This document shows, piece by piece, positions 40,333 through 52,686 of a DNA stretch of 64,000 nt. Below the pieces are notes generated by a model. That model saw only the letters and a program-made list of their open reading frames with translations. It was not told where the DNA came from and made no database searches. The DNA comes from Candidatus Thorarchaeota archaeon. Its GTDB lineage: Archaea; Asgardarchaeota; Thorarchaeia; Thorarchaeales; Thorarchaeaceae. Both the position numbers and the translations under genes were made by a program. The first letter of the stretch is position 1; each line of letters begins with the position of its first letter. The DNA lies in assembly GCA_963726195.1 (NCBI GenBank), contig CAVSBO010000010.1:1-64000 (forward strand). Reading direction: 5' to 3'.

Positions 40333-40397
40333 ATCCTTCTATTGGCCACCTCGTGTGCCGTTATTGGACGCCCGATATGAAAAGATATAAACCTATT

Positions 40398-40769
40398 GGA
40401 CATCCAATATGCACTATGACGCGCAAGCCGGTGTTCGATGAATGCTGTCCGCCAGCCTGCTGTGACATGCGTGGTCTTCTTTCATTCCAAATACTTTGGG
40501 AACTCGGCAAGAAGCCAATGAACGGACAGGAACTGGCGAAAAGAATCGCAGTACGAAGAGGCAGCAAGCCGACACCCGGCACTATCTATCCTGCACTCAA
40601 GAATCTGTCTTCCCGTAAATTGGTTCAGAAAGCCTCAGAAGGGAGACAGGTCATTTACAGCCTGACAATCCTTGGCAGACAGGGCCTACTCGAAGCCTGT
40701 CATTACTTCTATCGGGCCTTTGGCGATATCTTCGAAGACTGCAAATGTGGTGGCTTCACCGGGCGATAG
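40398..40769 (+). CDS. PadR-family regulator, Cys-rich
   Basis: MRGLLSFQIL...PTPGTIYPAL...YSLT..G; divergent from arsM. Confidence 0.8.
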   Translation, partial: GHPICTMTRKPVFDECCPPACCDMRGLLSFQILWELGKKPMNGQELAKRIAVRRGSKPTPGTIYPALKNLSSRKLVQKASEGRQVIYSLTILGRQGLLEACHYFYRAFGDIFEDCKCGGFTGR

Positions 40770-41558
40770 AACAGGCCAAGGTTGAGGGTATTATTCCGAT
40801 GAGGTTCAGAAGAACGTCAAAGCGTGAACTTCAGGCTATTCTGAAATGCGACGGCTCATGCTGGCAACTACCGGTCAGCCCAGGTGATTCGTGAATACCT
40901 GATTGACTGCGTGGATGAACTTATTGAGTACAGCCCATGACTCCATTACACGGCCGGCAAGAACCCTGGTATAGTATGCTTTGCCCTTCATCGAGAATGA
41001 TATGGCACTTCGCGTTCAGAAGAGCACAGACATAGATCCACGTTCCGTCTTTGTAGGAGATGAGTATAGAGAATGCGATGTGTCGTATTATTCAGGGCAT
41101 CCTCGATTGAGTCATTTGAAGAATGCGTAAGGTTCAATCCAGCATACAATACCATCCTTGATTTCCTCTACTTCGTTGGTATCAGCAACGAATGTCTTAT
41201 CATAGACTGTGAGATTGTACGGACCGAGAGAGTCATTGACAAAAGATGCTGTAACCTGCCACCGGTCTGAGGATAGCGGAGCAAGTGTGGCTTCCATGGA
41301 TTACAGGTACATTATGTCGGTGCTGTTAGCAAAGATTTCTATCGATGTTATCTGCGAATCACTAGTCGGACTGTATGGACCAAGCCATCCTGTATAGACG
41401 AGCACCGCATAGGCGCTCACCACGATGGCAACAACGAAGATGGTGGCCTGCATTCCTTTGTTGTCCAACTCTCGTCTCCGTCCATCAATGGTATTGGTAC
41501 GAAGACTTTTGCTTCTTTTGCTCAAAGCACCTGAGAAGAGGACTCACGTCTGTTGAGA

Positions 41559-42110
41559 CTAGTGTTCGTGCTTGCCCATTCCCTCTTGTGCTTCGTCGTG
41601 CTCTCCGCCACCTTTGACGCTAGTGTACACGTGATGCGAGTACAAGACGAAACCGAGGTATGCTTGTACAAACTCTCTTGCTGCATCCACGTTGTCTACG
41701 GAATAACTCTTCTTCGCCATGGCATGTTTGAACCGCTCCTGTAGGGCCTCCTCCACAGTGTGTGCTAGGAAGGCTATCACTTCCTTTACATTACCCTGTT
41801 CAATCGCCTTCTCGGCCTTTGGCACTACAGGGCCCCAGTCGAGTCCAGCAGGCTTCAGTCCTGTATAGGGTGCGCCTTCTCCCTCTCTATGCAGACGGAC
41901 GACGGTATCATAGAACCAGTAGTCTGCGAGCCTGGGCGGCTTCCTTGCCGAGCTTCCGCACTCGGATTGTCCTTTCAAACGCCTTCTTGATCTCGCTTTC
42001 AGCCTCCTTCGGCGCCCAAGGGCAGAATCAGATTCACGTTGCCTTTCTCAAGAGCGGCCTTTGCAGCCTTAACCACAGGTCCATCCATAGTATCGCAGTG
42101 AGGCGGTATA
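41559..42110 (-). CDS. DUF6448-like protein, frameshifted
   Basis: PPHCDTMDGPVV near 42100 and VVRLHREGEGAPYTGLKPAG. Confidence 0.6.
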
Positions 42111-42333
42111 CCATTACCTCCGCCCGTACACGTTGCCGCGCCTATCTAATGAATCTTATCAAACCATTTCCCTCAGGGTTGTCTTTGGACAATAGCCTTC
42201 ACTATTACTCGGATAAGTGACGGCGAATACGTTCGTTACTCAATGGATGACACTGACGGTGCGCAGGTTTAGATGCTCACTGAGCCAGCGGGAATGCTGT
42301 TCGCTTCATGTCATGATTATGGAGGTGCATCTG

Positions 42334-43193
42334 ATGCAATGCAAGCTTCGGAAGCTCACCGTTGACTACGAGGAATATGGCGAAGGGAACCAGTCGTTGC
42401 CATACACGGATTTCCGCTTGATCGCCAAGTGATGATTGGCTGTTTAGAACCAGTGTTCACACAACGAAATGGCTGGAGGCGCATCTACCTCGACTTGCCA
42501 GGGATGGGCAAGACGGAAGGTCCGGATTGGATTGTGAGTTCGGACCAGATGCTCGACGTGGTTCTTGAATTCATTGATACGGTAATCCCCGGGCAGCGCT
42601 TTGTACTGGCCGGTGAATCTTATGGAGGATACCTAGCGAGGGCTGTGGCTTATCGCAGGCGCGGTTGGGTTGATGGGTTGCTCCTGATATGCCCCATGAC
42701 TATTCCAGAGAATCGGAAACGTGCAGTGCCACGCAGGACAGTTCTTGTGGAGGACCCTGCGCTGCTTTCCACTCTGAAACCGGAAGACCGATCTGACTTC
42801 GAATCGATTGCTGTTGTGCAGTCATCCAAGATATGGCAAAGGTTTCAGGATGAGATCCTCTCGGGCCTGAGGGCTGCGAACAAGCCGTTCATAGAGAGAC
42901 TGTGGACTCACGCCTACGGGTTCTCCTTCGATATCGACAAACCATTCGGCAACCTCGACTCGCCCACCCTCATCATTACGGGAAGGCAGGATTCGTCCGT
43001 GGGCTACCGTGATACATGGACTGTTTTGGAGAACTACCCGCGGGCAACCTTCGCAGTGCTGGACCAGGCTGGACATAACCTGCAGATAGAACAAGAAGGT
43101 CTGTTCAACGCCCTAGTCAACGAATGGCTCGACCGCATCCAAGAACATAGAGTTCGATCTGAATCAATGTCTGTCAGCTCTCGAACGGCCTAG
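42334..43193 (+). CDS. Alpha/beta hydrolase (frameshift near the 5' end)
   Basis: DLPGMG, GESYGG, AGHNLQ motifs. Confidence 0.85.
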
Positions 43194-43327
43194 GTTAGTG
43201 GATTCGATGTCAAAGCGGAATATTAATAACGCTCTATATTAACTATAGTTATACATCATATCTACTCACAGTCTGAAGACTGTCTGGTTTGTCTTTGAGA
43301 AAGTAAAATGCAAACAGGGGATGAAAA

Positions 43328-44518
43328 TTGAAGCCGATTGAGATAGTCAAAGGAGTGTACTGGGTCGGTGCGATAGACCATGACATTCGCAACTTTCACG
43401 GATACAGCTACACTGTTCATCATGGAACCACGTATAATGCATACCTCGTTGTGGGCAAGAAGATAGCACTAGTTGATGCTGTGTATGGACCATTCGCCGA
43501 CGAGATGTTTGATAGGATATCGAAGGTAATCGATCCTCAGAAGATAGACTACATGATCTCAAACCATACGGAAACAGACCACTCGGGTGCTATACCAGAC
43601 GTGTTGAAGAGAGTGCCCGGTGCAACGCTTGTATGCACCGCCAAGGCAGTTGAAGAACTGAAGAAGCATTATCATGATGGCTGGAAAATCCAGACCGTGA
43701 AGACCGGCGACGAAATCAACCTTGGCGGGAAAACGCTGAGATTCTACGAGGCACCAATGCTTCATTGGCCAGAGAGCATGTTCACCTACTACGTCGAAGA
43801 ACAACTGCTGATGCCCAATGATGCGTTTGGTCAGCACTACGCAACCGAGGAGCGCTATGCTGACGAAGTGGACCAGTATGTGCTGTGGAAAGAAGCGGAG
43901 AAGTACTACGCCAACATCCTTTGGCCCTTAAGCGGCCAAGTTCGAAGGAAAATCGAGGAAGTACTCGAACTGAAACTTCCTATCAAGATTATAGCGCCAT
44001 CACACGGTCTCATCTGGCGCAAGGACCCACTCCAGATAGTCACAAGATACCTACAATGGGCCAAGGGGGAGAGGACAACAAACAAGGTCGTCATCACTTG
44101 GGATACAATGTGGCAGAGCACTACCAAGCTCGCTCGCGCCATAGCTGAGGGAGTAAAGGACGAAGGCCTGACTCCCCTGCTTCGACTCATCCCGCATAGT
44201 GATAGAAGTGACATCATGGCCGAGTTGTTGGAAGCAAAAGGTATCCTTGTGGGGAGCTCGACACTGCACAACGAGATTCTTCCAACTGTGGCGCCGATAT
44301 TGTCCGATCTTGGAATGCTGAAGCCAGAGGGCAAGAAGTGCGCTGCGTTTGGTTCCTATGGCTGGAGTGGAGGAGCGGTCCAGAAGATTCAGGAGGCAAT
44401 GCAGCATGGCAAGATGCAGGTCGTCATGGATCCCTTCACTGTCAAGTGGGTGCCCACAAAGGAAGAACTCGACAAAGCGTACGAATGGGGCAGGGAATTC
44501 GCCAAGAAAGTGAAGTGA
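43328..44518 (+). CDS. fprA: Flavodiiron protein FprA
   Basis: NHTETDHSG, LHWPE, DAFGQH, PSHG, FGSYGWSG. Confidence 0.92.
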   Translation: MKPIEIVKGVYWVGAIDHDIRNFHGYSYTVHHGTTYNAYLVVGKKIALVDAVYGPFADEMFDRISKVIDPQKIDYMISNHTETDHSGAIPDVLKRVPGATLVCTAKAVEELKKHYHDGWKIQTVKTGDEINLGGKTLRFYEAPMLHWPESMFTYYVEEQLLMPNDAFGQHYATEERYADEVDQYVLWKEAEKYYANILWPLSGQVRRKIEEVLELKLPIKIIAPSHGLIWRKDPLQIVTRYLQWAKGERTTNKVVITWDTMWQSTTKLARAIAEGVKDEGLTPLLRLIPHSDRSDIMAELLEAKGILVGSSTLHNEILPTVAPILSDLGMLKPEGKKCAAFGSYGWSGGAVQKIQEAMQHGKMQVVMDPFTVKWVPTKEELDKAYEWGREFAKKVK

Positions 44519-44590
44519 CCTCTCAATCCTGTCATCCTGCAGGTCTGTCTTCGAGATACTCTAGCAACCAAAACAAGGGCAGGCGAGGAC

Positions 44591-44959
44591 TTAGACGGTC
44601 TCCTCGTCCTCTGCCCTCCAGCTCGGAAATACTATGCAAAGGAAGACTAAGTCCCCACTGCCGTTATTCTCGATGTATTGTACTGAGCCGGGATGGATAT
44701 AGACCACGTCCCCTGCGCCCACCTCCTTGGTTTCTTCATCAATGTGCATGATACCGCGCCCTTTCAGCACATAGTATGCCTCTGATGATGTCTTGATTCT
44801 GTGAGGAAGCGATGCCTTTCGCGCCCTTACTGTGGCGTGAGCGAGACTGTATCCAATCTTCAAGTCGCCTTTGTTGTGCTGCGGGTTGAGCAGTTCACGA
44901 AGGTGCGTGTCGTCAATGGCGGTTATCTCAGGGCAATCAATTAGGTGTTTTACCAGCAT
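44591..44959 (-). CDS. Cupin-domain protein
   Basis: H...SEAYYVLKGRG...GDVVYI.PG. Confidence 0.8.
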   Translation of the reverse strand: MLVKHLIDCPEITAIDDTHLRELLNPQHNKGDLKIGYSLAHATVRARKASLPHRIKTSSEAYYVLKGRGIMHIDEETKEVGAGDVVYIHPGSVQYIENNGSGDLVFLCIVFPSWRAEDEETV

Positions 44960-45072
44960 CAGTTCGCGGACATGTATTGGAACTGCTTGTTACGTCATAA
45001 ATCTGCGTTGAGATAGTCGACAAGCATTCAGCAGATAGGACTTCCCTCTGAAGGGCATCGAAAGCAAGCGAA

Positions 45073-45558
45073 TTGTTCTTCAGTGACCACAATGTGAGGT
45101 GGGTGGTTATGGCGATGGGCGAGAAGATGAGTCTGAAGAATATGTTTCCTTACTGGGGAGAGGTATTTTGCACATTTGAGGAAGCAATCAGGCGGCTGGA
45201 CGAGAGCGTAGCAGACCACAGGTGTTCTGATAATACAAGATCCATTCGCGATATACTGGCTCATGTCATTGAGATCTTCAATCGTGACATCGTAGAGTTT
45301 GTATTGGGGGGCAAACACCAAAGCGATAGTCAGAGAAAACTGGACAGGATGCTAAAGACAATTCAGAGCCAGAAGCGCATCCTAGAAGACCTTCTAGTAC
45401 ATCGGACTGTCGACTTCATGTCCGAGACCAAGGAATTCATGGGCAACCCGCGCACTTATGGGGACGCTCTATGGAATGTGCTAATGGAGCAGCTACATCA
45501 CCGTGGGCAGGTCTTTTTACTGATGTCATCAGCGGGCGTTAAGCCTCCAGAGTTATAG
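45073..45558 (+). CDS. DinB-family protein
   Basis: SIRDILAH...HHRGQ. Confidence 0.75.
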   Translation: MFFSDHNVRWVVMAMGEKMSLKNMFPYWGEVFCTFEEAIRRLDESVADHRCSDNTRSIRDILAHVIEIFNRDIVEFVLGGKHQSDSQRKLDRMLKTIQSQKRILEDLLVHRTVDFMSETKEFMGNPRTYGDALWNVLMEQLHHRGQVFLLMSSAGVKPPEL

Positions 45559-45711
45559 TACTGGCCGCCTGTTCGCATGAATCTCCCGAAAGCAGAGATA
45601 AGAGCGAATCAGAGTCTGCGCATGAAGCCGCATCGTGGGTCAGGGGTGATAAGTCTCTGCAGCCAGCCTGCGCCTCCAGGATTCAGACTTGACTGCAGTC
45701 TGTCTTCATAC

Positions 45712-46911
45712 TCAGAAATCGGGCGGGGTCATGGATCCCCACTTCGGAATCTTTTCCATTGCCGGGTCGTAGCCGTCTAAGACATGACGCCCAAGTATGA
45801 GCCTCTGAATCTCGCTGGTGCCCTCGTAAATCTGGTATAGCTTGGCATCGCGGAACAGTTTCTCCAGCGGGTATTGGTCGATGTAGCCATATCCGCCGTG
45901 CAGCTGGACAGCTTCGCTCGCAACCCACATCGCGGCGTCTGTAGCAAAGGCCTTCGCAACACTTGCCGCAATTGTTGAATCGCCAGTAGTATCAGCCTCC
46001 CATGCAGCCTTGAGGTACAACATCCTTGATGCCTCGATTCTCATGTACATTTCAGCCAACTTGAACTGCGTGACCTCAAACTTGCGGAGCTTTTCGCCGA
46101 ATGCCCCTCTCTTGTTAACGTATTCGCGGGCATATTCCATGGCGGCCCTCGCGAGACCAGTGGAGAAAGCTGCAATCGCCGGTCGTGTCATCGCGAAAGT
46201 TGACATAGCGATTATGAAGCCCTGACCTTCGGACCCAAGCAGGTTCTCTTCGGGGACGTTTACGTCCTTGAGCATGACAGACGATGTGGCTGATGCCCTG
46301 TGACCCATCTTCTCGACAGGGCGGCCAGTCTTCAAGCCGGGTGAATCTGCATCAACAATGAAAGCACATAGAGCCTTGTGTCGTTGACTGGGGTCTAGGC
46401 TTGCGAATATTGTGAAAGTGTCGGCGTAAGGTGCGTTTGTGATCCAGAACTTACTCCCATTCAGAACGTAGTGGTTGCCTTCCTTCTTTGCTTGAGCCTG
46501 GATGCCTGCCACGTCGCTGCCCATTCCGGGTTCTGAAGTTGCAAAGCTGATGAACTTCAGTTCCTTCGTCAGCGGTCTCAGGTACTTCTCCTTCTGTTCG
46601 CTCGTGCCTGCGACAAGAATCGGTTCAGCACCCAAGGAGTTGGCATAGATGCTGGTTGTCATCCCTGCACAGCCTGCAGCCATCTCTTCGACTAGTAAAC
46701 ACTGGTCAATAACACCCAGCCCGGCGCCACCGTACTCCTTTGGTATGCCGAGATTCATGAGACCGGATTCCCAGCACTTTCGGATGATTGGCAGTGCGAA
46801 CTCGCCGGTCTTGTCGTAGTAGTGGGCGTACGGAATCATATACTGTTGAGCAAACTCTCGTGCTTTCTTCTGAAGCGCAAGATGCTCAGCTGTGAGACTG
46901 AAGTCTATCAA
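45712..46911 (-). CDS. Acyl-CoA dehydrogenase
   Basis: SEPGMGSD, NGSKFWITN, QLHGGYGY, IYEGTSEIQ. Confidence 0.93.
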   Translation of the reverse strand: MIDFSLTAEHLALQKKAREFAQQYMIPYAHYYDKTGEFALPIIRKCWESGLMNLGIPKEYGGAGLGVIDQCLLVEEMAAGCAGMTTSIYANSLGAEPILVAGTSEQKEKYLRPLTKELKFISFATSEPGMGSDVAGIQAQAKKEGNHYVLNGSKFWITNAPYADTFTIFASLDPSQRHKALCAFIVDADSPGLKTGRPVEKMGHRASATSSVMLKDVNVPEENLLGSEGQGFIIAMSTFAMTRPAIAAFSTGLARAAMEYAREYVNKRGAFGEKLRKFEVTQFKLAEMYMRIEASRMLYLKAAWEADTTGDSTIAASVAKAFATDAAMWVASEAVQLHGGYGYIDQYPLEKLFRDAKLYQIYEGTSEIQRLILGRHVLDGYDPAMEKIPKWGSMTPPDF

Positions 46912-46986
46912 ATCTGCTCCCTCGCTTGCTGTTCTACTTACCGTAGATATCGAGGTGCTATTAATAAATTATGAATTGACAAAGAA

Positions 46987-49269
46987 TCAGCTCTGAGCAG
47001 TCATCGCTCTGACTACCTCAGGCAGACTCCATTTCAACTCCAAATCGAGAGCACCGCTTTCGGGGCCCGGACAACGCCTTATGCAAGTCCTGCAGGCCAC
47101 ACATAGCCATAGATCTACCTCAACCTTACCGAACCCGGGAGAGATTTCTTTCAGTTCGATGCTACCAAGTGGTTTCGCAGTTGCGAGACTCCGGACAGCC
47201 CTGTAGAACATAGCCTTGTTAGCAGGCAGCAGCTTCAGGTCCTCTTCAGAGAACTCGAAGAACTTCGGAATGTCCATCATTGGCTTGAGCTTAATGGCGT
47301 GCTCAGGGCAGCTTATCTCACATGACTTGCAGCCTAGGCACTTGGCTTGGGCCCAGTCAATGGTTCCGAACCCGAGGAGCGGAGCATATCCCATCATATC
47401 GCGATACTCTTCCATCACGGATGGGACATCGATATCCGTCAACTCCTCTACTGTAACTCTTGGCCGTGTGCTTGGAATTCTCGCACGGGCACGGTAGGCG
47501 AGAAGTACTGCTGACTTGATCTTGCCTTCTACATCCTTCAGCACGGGCTCGGCAATCACGGTTCCGGAGACCTTGATTTTGGCCATCTTGTCACAAGACT
47601 TAGAGAAAACATCGAGAGAAGAGGCGAGCCGACCGATGTCATCGGGGCGAAAGTTATCCAAGATGCTCCGAAGGTCGCTCTGTGCGTTGGTAAGCTGAAG
47701 CGCCAAGCCGCTTACCGTCCTTACGGTAACCTCGGCCTCATTTGGGGTTCGAGGAATATCGTACTGGACATAACCGTGGGTTTCTCCTGCGATAGTGAGA
47801 AGCTCGTCTCGCTTCAGTCGCAACAGGTGTTGAAAGACACGGTTCTGGGGGATGTGCGTTTTCTCAGCCAAGTCATGGGCCGTCAATGCACCAAGCTCGC
47901 GGATGAGAACGAGAATCATGCCTCGCTCCAGCTCGTTGTCAAGATACGTCTCCATGAGCTTATCGTAGACCTCGGGGTCAAGCTTCTCGCCGTAGGCATT
48001 CCCCTGTGAAACAAGACGTGGACCCTTCTCCAGTGCAATCTTGAGCCTGAATCTCGTGAATGCCTCAAGGCCTGCAGACACGAGGAGTCGGAGATCCTCT
48101 GAGCTCGCAGTGGTTTGTGACTGAAGCACACTCTGCGTTGCGGCGTCCACGGCCTCCCGGACTGTATTCATGTCATCTGATATCATCGACTCGTCGTATT
48201 CGCCGAGTAACTGCAGTTTCTCTAAGACATGGCCCAAGCGCTCGAGAGAGTCACTGGCTGAGTCCTTTGCCGGTCCCTGTAACGATTTGACAAGCCCTCG
48301 AAGTTGTTGAATGATTCTTTTCAGCACTAGTGTTGTTGGAGGAGTGGCGGGCAAGACCCGGGAGAAAACCGGAGCATCACCGTCAAGGCCGGCTATTTCC
48401 ACTTCTCCTCTCTGAATCATGGAAATAATCACGGATTGGATTTTCTCAGAAGATACTTTCATTGAGTCTGAAATCTGAACGACTGTTTTCGACCCGGCGT
48501 TGCTTAGAATGAAGAGAATCATTCCGCGATATAGCTCGTTCGCGACGTTGCCAGTGAGGAGCTGGACCAGACGCTCATCGCTGATCCGTCCCTCTCTCTT
48601 CCCACGCTTTACCTGAGCAACAGCACGCAGAAATGGTCCGTATCTGGTCTTGGTGCCGAGTTTCTGAAGTGAATCAAGTTTAGCTTCGGGATCTGAACTA
48701 GAGTCCTGCAGAGCAAGTGACAGCGATTCAGCGAGCGATTTGATATCCGTGATAGCCCCTGCAGCGTTCGACTTGGCTTTCTCGTCATACTCCCCAAGGA
48801 CTGATTCTATCTTTGGGACGGTGTCATGAATTGGCTGTAGGGATTCTGTGATGTCTGCTATCTGACGACCGACGCTCTCAACTTCAGTCTTCTCCGCTTT
48901 CGCGAGCAGTGATTTTAGAGCATTGAGAAGGCCCACAATGCCCTTAGACTGAGTACTTGATGATGCCTTCTCAAGGTTCGAGACAGCGTCTCTGAGAATC
49001 GTCTTGTCACTTATCTGGTCGATTAGTCCCATTCGTTGAGCTATGTCCAAGAAGGCATCGAAATACGCGTCCGGGAATGCAAGTATTGCTTCTGTCAATG
49101 GTAGAAGTCCACGTTTCAGGTTCTCAATCTCTTCAGCGATTCGGATGCCGGATACTGCAGACTCCTCTCTGAGTCCGCCCAGTGTTAGGACCATGTCCAT
49201 CATTCGACGTCTCTTAGGCGCCATCTCTCCTACTTCTTCGACCGTGCTCATGGACTCGCCTCCATCCAC
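46987..49269 (-). CDS. Large helical protein with two winged-helix-like segments and C-terminal 2x4Fe-4S domain
   Basis: CLGCKSCEISCP and CVACRTCIRRCP; repeated 'NEL.RGMIL..' HTH-like blocks. Confidence 0.7.
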   Translation of the reverse strand: MDGGESMSTVEEVGEMAPKRRRMMDMVLTLGGLREESAVSGIRIAEEIENLKRGLLPLTEAILAFPDAYFDAFLDIAQRMGLIDQISDKTILRDAVSNLEKASSSTQSKGIVGLLNALKSLLAKAEKTEVESVGRQIADITESLQPIHDTVPKIESVLGEYDEKAKSNAAGAITDIKSLAESLSLALQDSSSDPEAKLDSLQKLGTKTRYGPFLRAVAQVKRGKREGRISDERLVQLLTGNVANELYRGMILFILSNAGSKTVVQISDSMKVSSEKIQSVIISMIQRGEVEIAGLDGDAPVFSRVLPATPPTTLVLKRIIQQLRGLVKSLQGPAKDSASDSLERLGHVLEKLQLLGEYDESMISDDMNTVREAVDAATQSVLQSQTTASSEDLRLLVSAGLEAFTRFRLKIALEKGPRLVSQGNAYGEKLDPEVYDKLMETYLDNELERGMILVLIRELGALTAHDLAEKTHIPQNRVFQHLLRLKRDELLTIAGETHGYVQYDIPRTPNEAEVTVRTVSGLALQLTNAQSDLRSILDNFRPDDIGRLASSLDVFSKSCDKMAKIKVSGTVIAEPVLKDVEGKIKSAVLLAYRARARIPSTRPRVTVEELTDIDVPSVMEEYRDMMGYAPLLGFGTIDWAQAKCLGCKSCEISCPEHAIKLKPMMDIPKFFEFSEEDLKLLPANKAMFYRAVRSLATAKPLGSIELKEISPGFGKVEVDLWLCVACRTCIRRCPGPESGALDLELKWSLPEVVRAMTAQS

Positions 49270-51426
49270 TTGCCGGCGGTGCCCAGATGAACTGGTGTAG
49301 GACCGAGAGTCTGAGCTCGCTTGACCATTTCATTTACTGCACGCGTGAACCTCTCGGGTTCAGCACTGAACATCCTGAACATCTCGACTCGCTCACCCTG
49401 CCAACCGATGGCATCCAGTATCTCTCGCGCGACATCCACCTGAATCTGGGCAATCTCGTTTCCTGTGCCGCCAATATGACAACGGTCTTTCTCACAAGCT
49501 GCAATCATAACTGTGCTCGCACCGTGCTCGAATGCCTTGAGAATATCGATTATCGATACCCGCCCCGAGCAGGGAACAGGGATTAGGCGAGTGCTTGCTG
49601 GGTACTCCATCCTTCGTGTTCCGACTATGTCAATAGTAGATACGGCACACTCTTCGCAATAGAAACAGACAGTTATTGGATAGTCAGGTCCAGCTCCCTG
49701 TAGAGTTCCCTCGATTTCGGACCACAACTGGTCGTTTGAAAGGAAATTGAGCTGAGTTGCGGCAGACGGACACAGACTCTGACAGACGCCACAGGCATGG
49801 CAGTTAAGAGTGTCAATGGTGGCCTTGAACAATATCTTCTGAGCCTCGCTCTCGGTCTCAGCATCGGTTTGCTCAACCATAAGAGGTACGCCTCGAGGGC
49901 ATTGTTGAGCACACAGGCTACACCCAACACAATCGTCAGCCTTCAGAACTGCGCCGCGTGCAAGGGTTTCGATTTTACCATTCTGCAGCTCATTATGGAG
50001 CATTAGTGCGGCGGCCTGAGCATCAGTCACGGCCTCGAATACGAACTGAGGACGAGTAACTGCACCCACGGCGACAACTCCTCTCCGTCTGGTCTCATTC
50101 CGCCGGAGCTTACCGTAGAGCTCTTTCACATGACCGTCATATTCTACTGCATATCCAAGGGACTGCGATAACTCTGAGACTCCGTCTGCGGGCAGTATTG
50201 CTGAAGACAACACTAGCAAGTCAGGACTTGTCTCCGAAGTACCTGTTGAGAAGAGAGTCATAGAACCGTACCCAAGTTCTGCTTTCTCGTTCCCAAACCA
50301 TACTGACTCTGCCACGAATGTAGTCAACGCCCTTTTCACGAGATTCCTTGTAGACTATCTCGTTCTCGAATGGCACACGAATATCCATGTATATGATTCG
50401 GACCTTGGCGTCCGGGACCCTTTTCACTATCTCCAGCGCATTGTCAATAGCGAAAGTGCAACAGAGTTTGCTGCAGTCCCGTTTGTAATCTTCGGATCTG
50501 CTTCCTACGCATTGAACCATGACTACTTCTCTGATTGGCTGACCGTCGGAAGGCCTCGAGAGATTCTCTTCGCTAAGCATGCATGATAGCTCAAATTGCG
50601 TGACCACGTTGGGGTTCTTGCCGTATCTGAACTCATCCAGTGCGGTTGGTTTGAATTCCTGAAATCCCATGGCAAGCACGATGCCAGATGTCTTGAGCTT
50701 CTTCTCCTCGCCGCCCTTGGTTGGCGCGTAGTGCACTGTGAAATTTCCCATCTCGCCTTCTACGAACTTCACTCTCGTGTTTGTCATGACACTGATTCTC
50801 GAGGTACTCTCCAGCTCCTGCAGTCTGCCACTCAGGACCTCTTTCCCGGACCGTCCTGTCGGTGTGACCAAGGGCAGACTAATCACGTGTCCACCCAGCT
50901 GCTCGCTCAATTCAATCAATGCCACGTCGTATCCAAGTTTAGAAAGGCTCAGGGCTGATTCGATTCCAGCTATGCCGCCGCCAATGACAGTCACATGAGC
51001 AGGTACTTCCTTGTGCTCGAAAGTAAGCGGTACAGAGAGACCAGAAAGTGCTAGAACTCCACGAATCATGTCAGTGCTTTTCTTGCTAGCCTCGTCTTGG
51101 TCGCTATGCACCCAAGCAGAATGCTCTCGAATGTTGATATATTGTATCTGTGAGGGGTCCTTTCCTCTTGCTCTTAGATACTGTTCAATCCTAGGCCTAA
51201 TCTTCTGGCTCGTGCAGGCAGCAATGACCAGACGACCTCCGTACTCATCGACCAGACCTTCAATCTGAGCTAGGCCGTCTTCCTGGCAAACTAAGTCATG
51301 GATTGCGACAACGGCGGTCAGATCCATCTCCTGAATCTCTCTCTTCAGCAGGTCATAGTCAAGTCGCAGTGTTCTGCCACATGTGCATAGTAGTACTGCT
51401 GACTTGTCAGTCGTCATTGCTATCAC
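49248..51426 (-). CDS. hdrA: HdrA-like subunit fused to ferredoxin and MvhD domains (frameshift ~50230)
   Basis: NIREH, GGGIAG, QCVGSR...CSKLCC, 2x4Fe-4S, VPCSGR MvhD-like end. Confidence 0.82.
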
Positions 51427-52685
51427 GCCCTGCTTTGAAGAATCATAGATGCAACGGCCCTAGCCTGAGTGACACTCTCCGGAACCTCAGCAGGACCAGC
51501 CGCTGCGCCACAGACGTAAAGATGATCTCCGGCCACGACCTCGTTCTCAGAAAGCTGGTCAGCTGGCTTCACAAAGCCATCCGAGGAACTGAGTCCAAGC
51601 TTCTCGATGAGTCCTGTCATATCAGGCTGAGGCTCTAGAGCAGACGATAACACAATGAGATCCACTGAGAACCTGAGATACGTGTCAAGCAAAGAGTCGT
51701 AGACCGTGATATGCAGAGCACCATCCTTGGCTGGCTCCACTCGCGTGACGCGACCTCGTATGAACTCCACTCCAGCCTGACGCGAGTCACGATAGTAACG
51801 TTCGTGCCTGTCATAGGTCCGAATGTCCATATAGACCACTGAGACCCTCGTGCCCTCTCTCTCGTGCATGACTATGTTTGCATGCTTCAGTGCAAATACA
51901 CAGCAGATCTTCGAGCAATACGGATGGTAGCTCTCATCCCTGCTTCCAACGCATTGAACCATCAGGACATCCTTGATGGAAGCTCCATCTGAAGGCCGTA
52001 TCAGAGCGCCCCCGGATTTCCCGTTTGGGTCAAGCATCTGCGCGAGTTCCAATTGCGTGACAACATTGGGCATCTTTCCGTAACCGTACTCCACCATGTC
52101 GACCGGTTTCATCTCATGATAGCCAGTCGCGAGTACTATGTCTGAGATTCGAAGTGTTTCGTCAGAAGGTTGTGCTTGCAGGTTGATTGCCTTGGTGGGG
52201 CACTCTCTTTCAGCCTTCTCGGTGCCTTCATCCGACCTCTGAGGATCATAGACGACTGCTTGAGGCTGACACTGGGGGGACGCCAGATAGAATGCCTTCG
52301 AGAGGTCAACACAAAGCCCGCAGATTGTACACTTCTTCGGCTCAACGTATCTTGGGGCAGCAGCGATCTTGACCTTGAACTCACCCGGTCTGCCTGAGAT
52401 ATCAACGATCTCGCTGCCCGTCCGGACATCGATGTTGGGCTGATCAGTCATTGCACTCCTGTAGAAACACTTGCGAATTCCAGGTCTCCAACGGTTGCCC
52501 TCGAAGCAATAGAAGCAATCATCAGTTGGAAAGGCTTTGTAGAGATCCAGCGCATTGCCGCCCATGGTGAAGGACTTCTCTACGAGGACTGTCTTGATTC
52601 CGGCGTCAGCGAGCTCCGCGGCCACAGTCATTCCTGCGACGCCAGCTCCGATGATGAGCACGGGGTCAGACACTCTGCGGTTCAC
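51423..52685 (-). CDS. hdrA: HdrA-like FAD/FeS subunit
   Basis: GAGVAG, FPTDDC, QCVGSRD...CSKICC. Confidence 0.85.
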   Translation of the reverse strand: MNRRVSDPVLIIGAGVAGMTVAAELADAGIKTVLVEKSFTMGGNALDLYKAFPTDDCFYCFEGNRWRPGIRKCFYRSAMTDQPNIDVRTGSEIVDISGRPGEFKVKIAAAPRYVEPKKCTICGLCVDLSKAFYLASPQCQPQAVVYDPQRSDEGTEKAERECPTKAINLQAQPSDETLRISDIVLATGYHEMKPVDMVEYGYGKMPNVVTQLELAQMLDPNGKSGGALIRPSDGASIKDVLMVQCVGSRDESYHPYCSKICCVFALKHANIVMHEREGTRVSVVYMDIRTYDRHERYYRDSRQAGVEFIRGRVTRVEPAKDGALHITVYDSLLDTYLRFSVDLIVLSSALEPQPDMTGLIEKLGLSSSDGFVKPADQLSENEVVAGDHLYVCGAAAGPAEVPESVTQARAVASMILQSRA

Positions 52686-52686
52686 C

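Noticed and set aside
38799-52685. Selenocysteine recoding in mvhD/hdrA
   Set aside because: Cys is present at the motif positions I checked, and the hdrA split is a frame change rather than an in-frame TGA.
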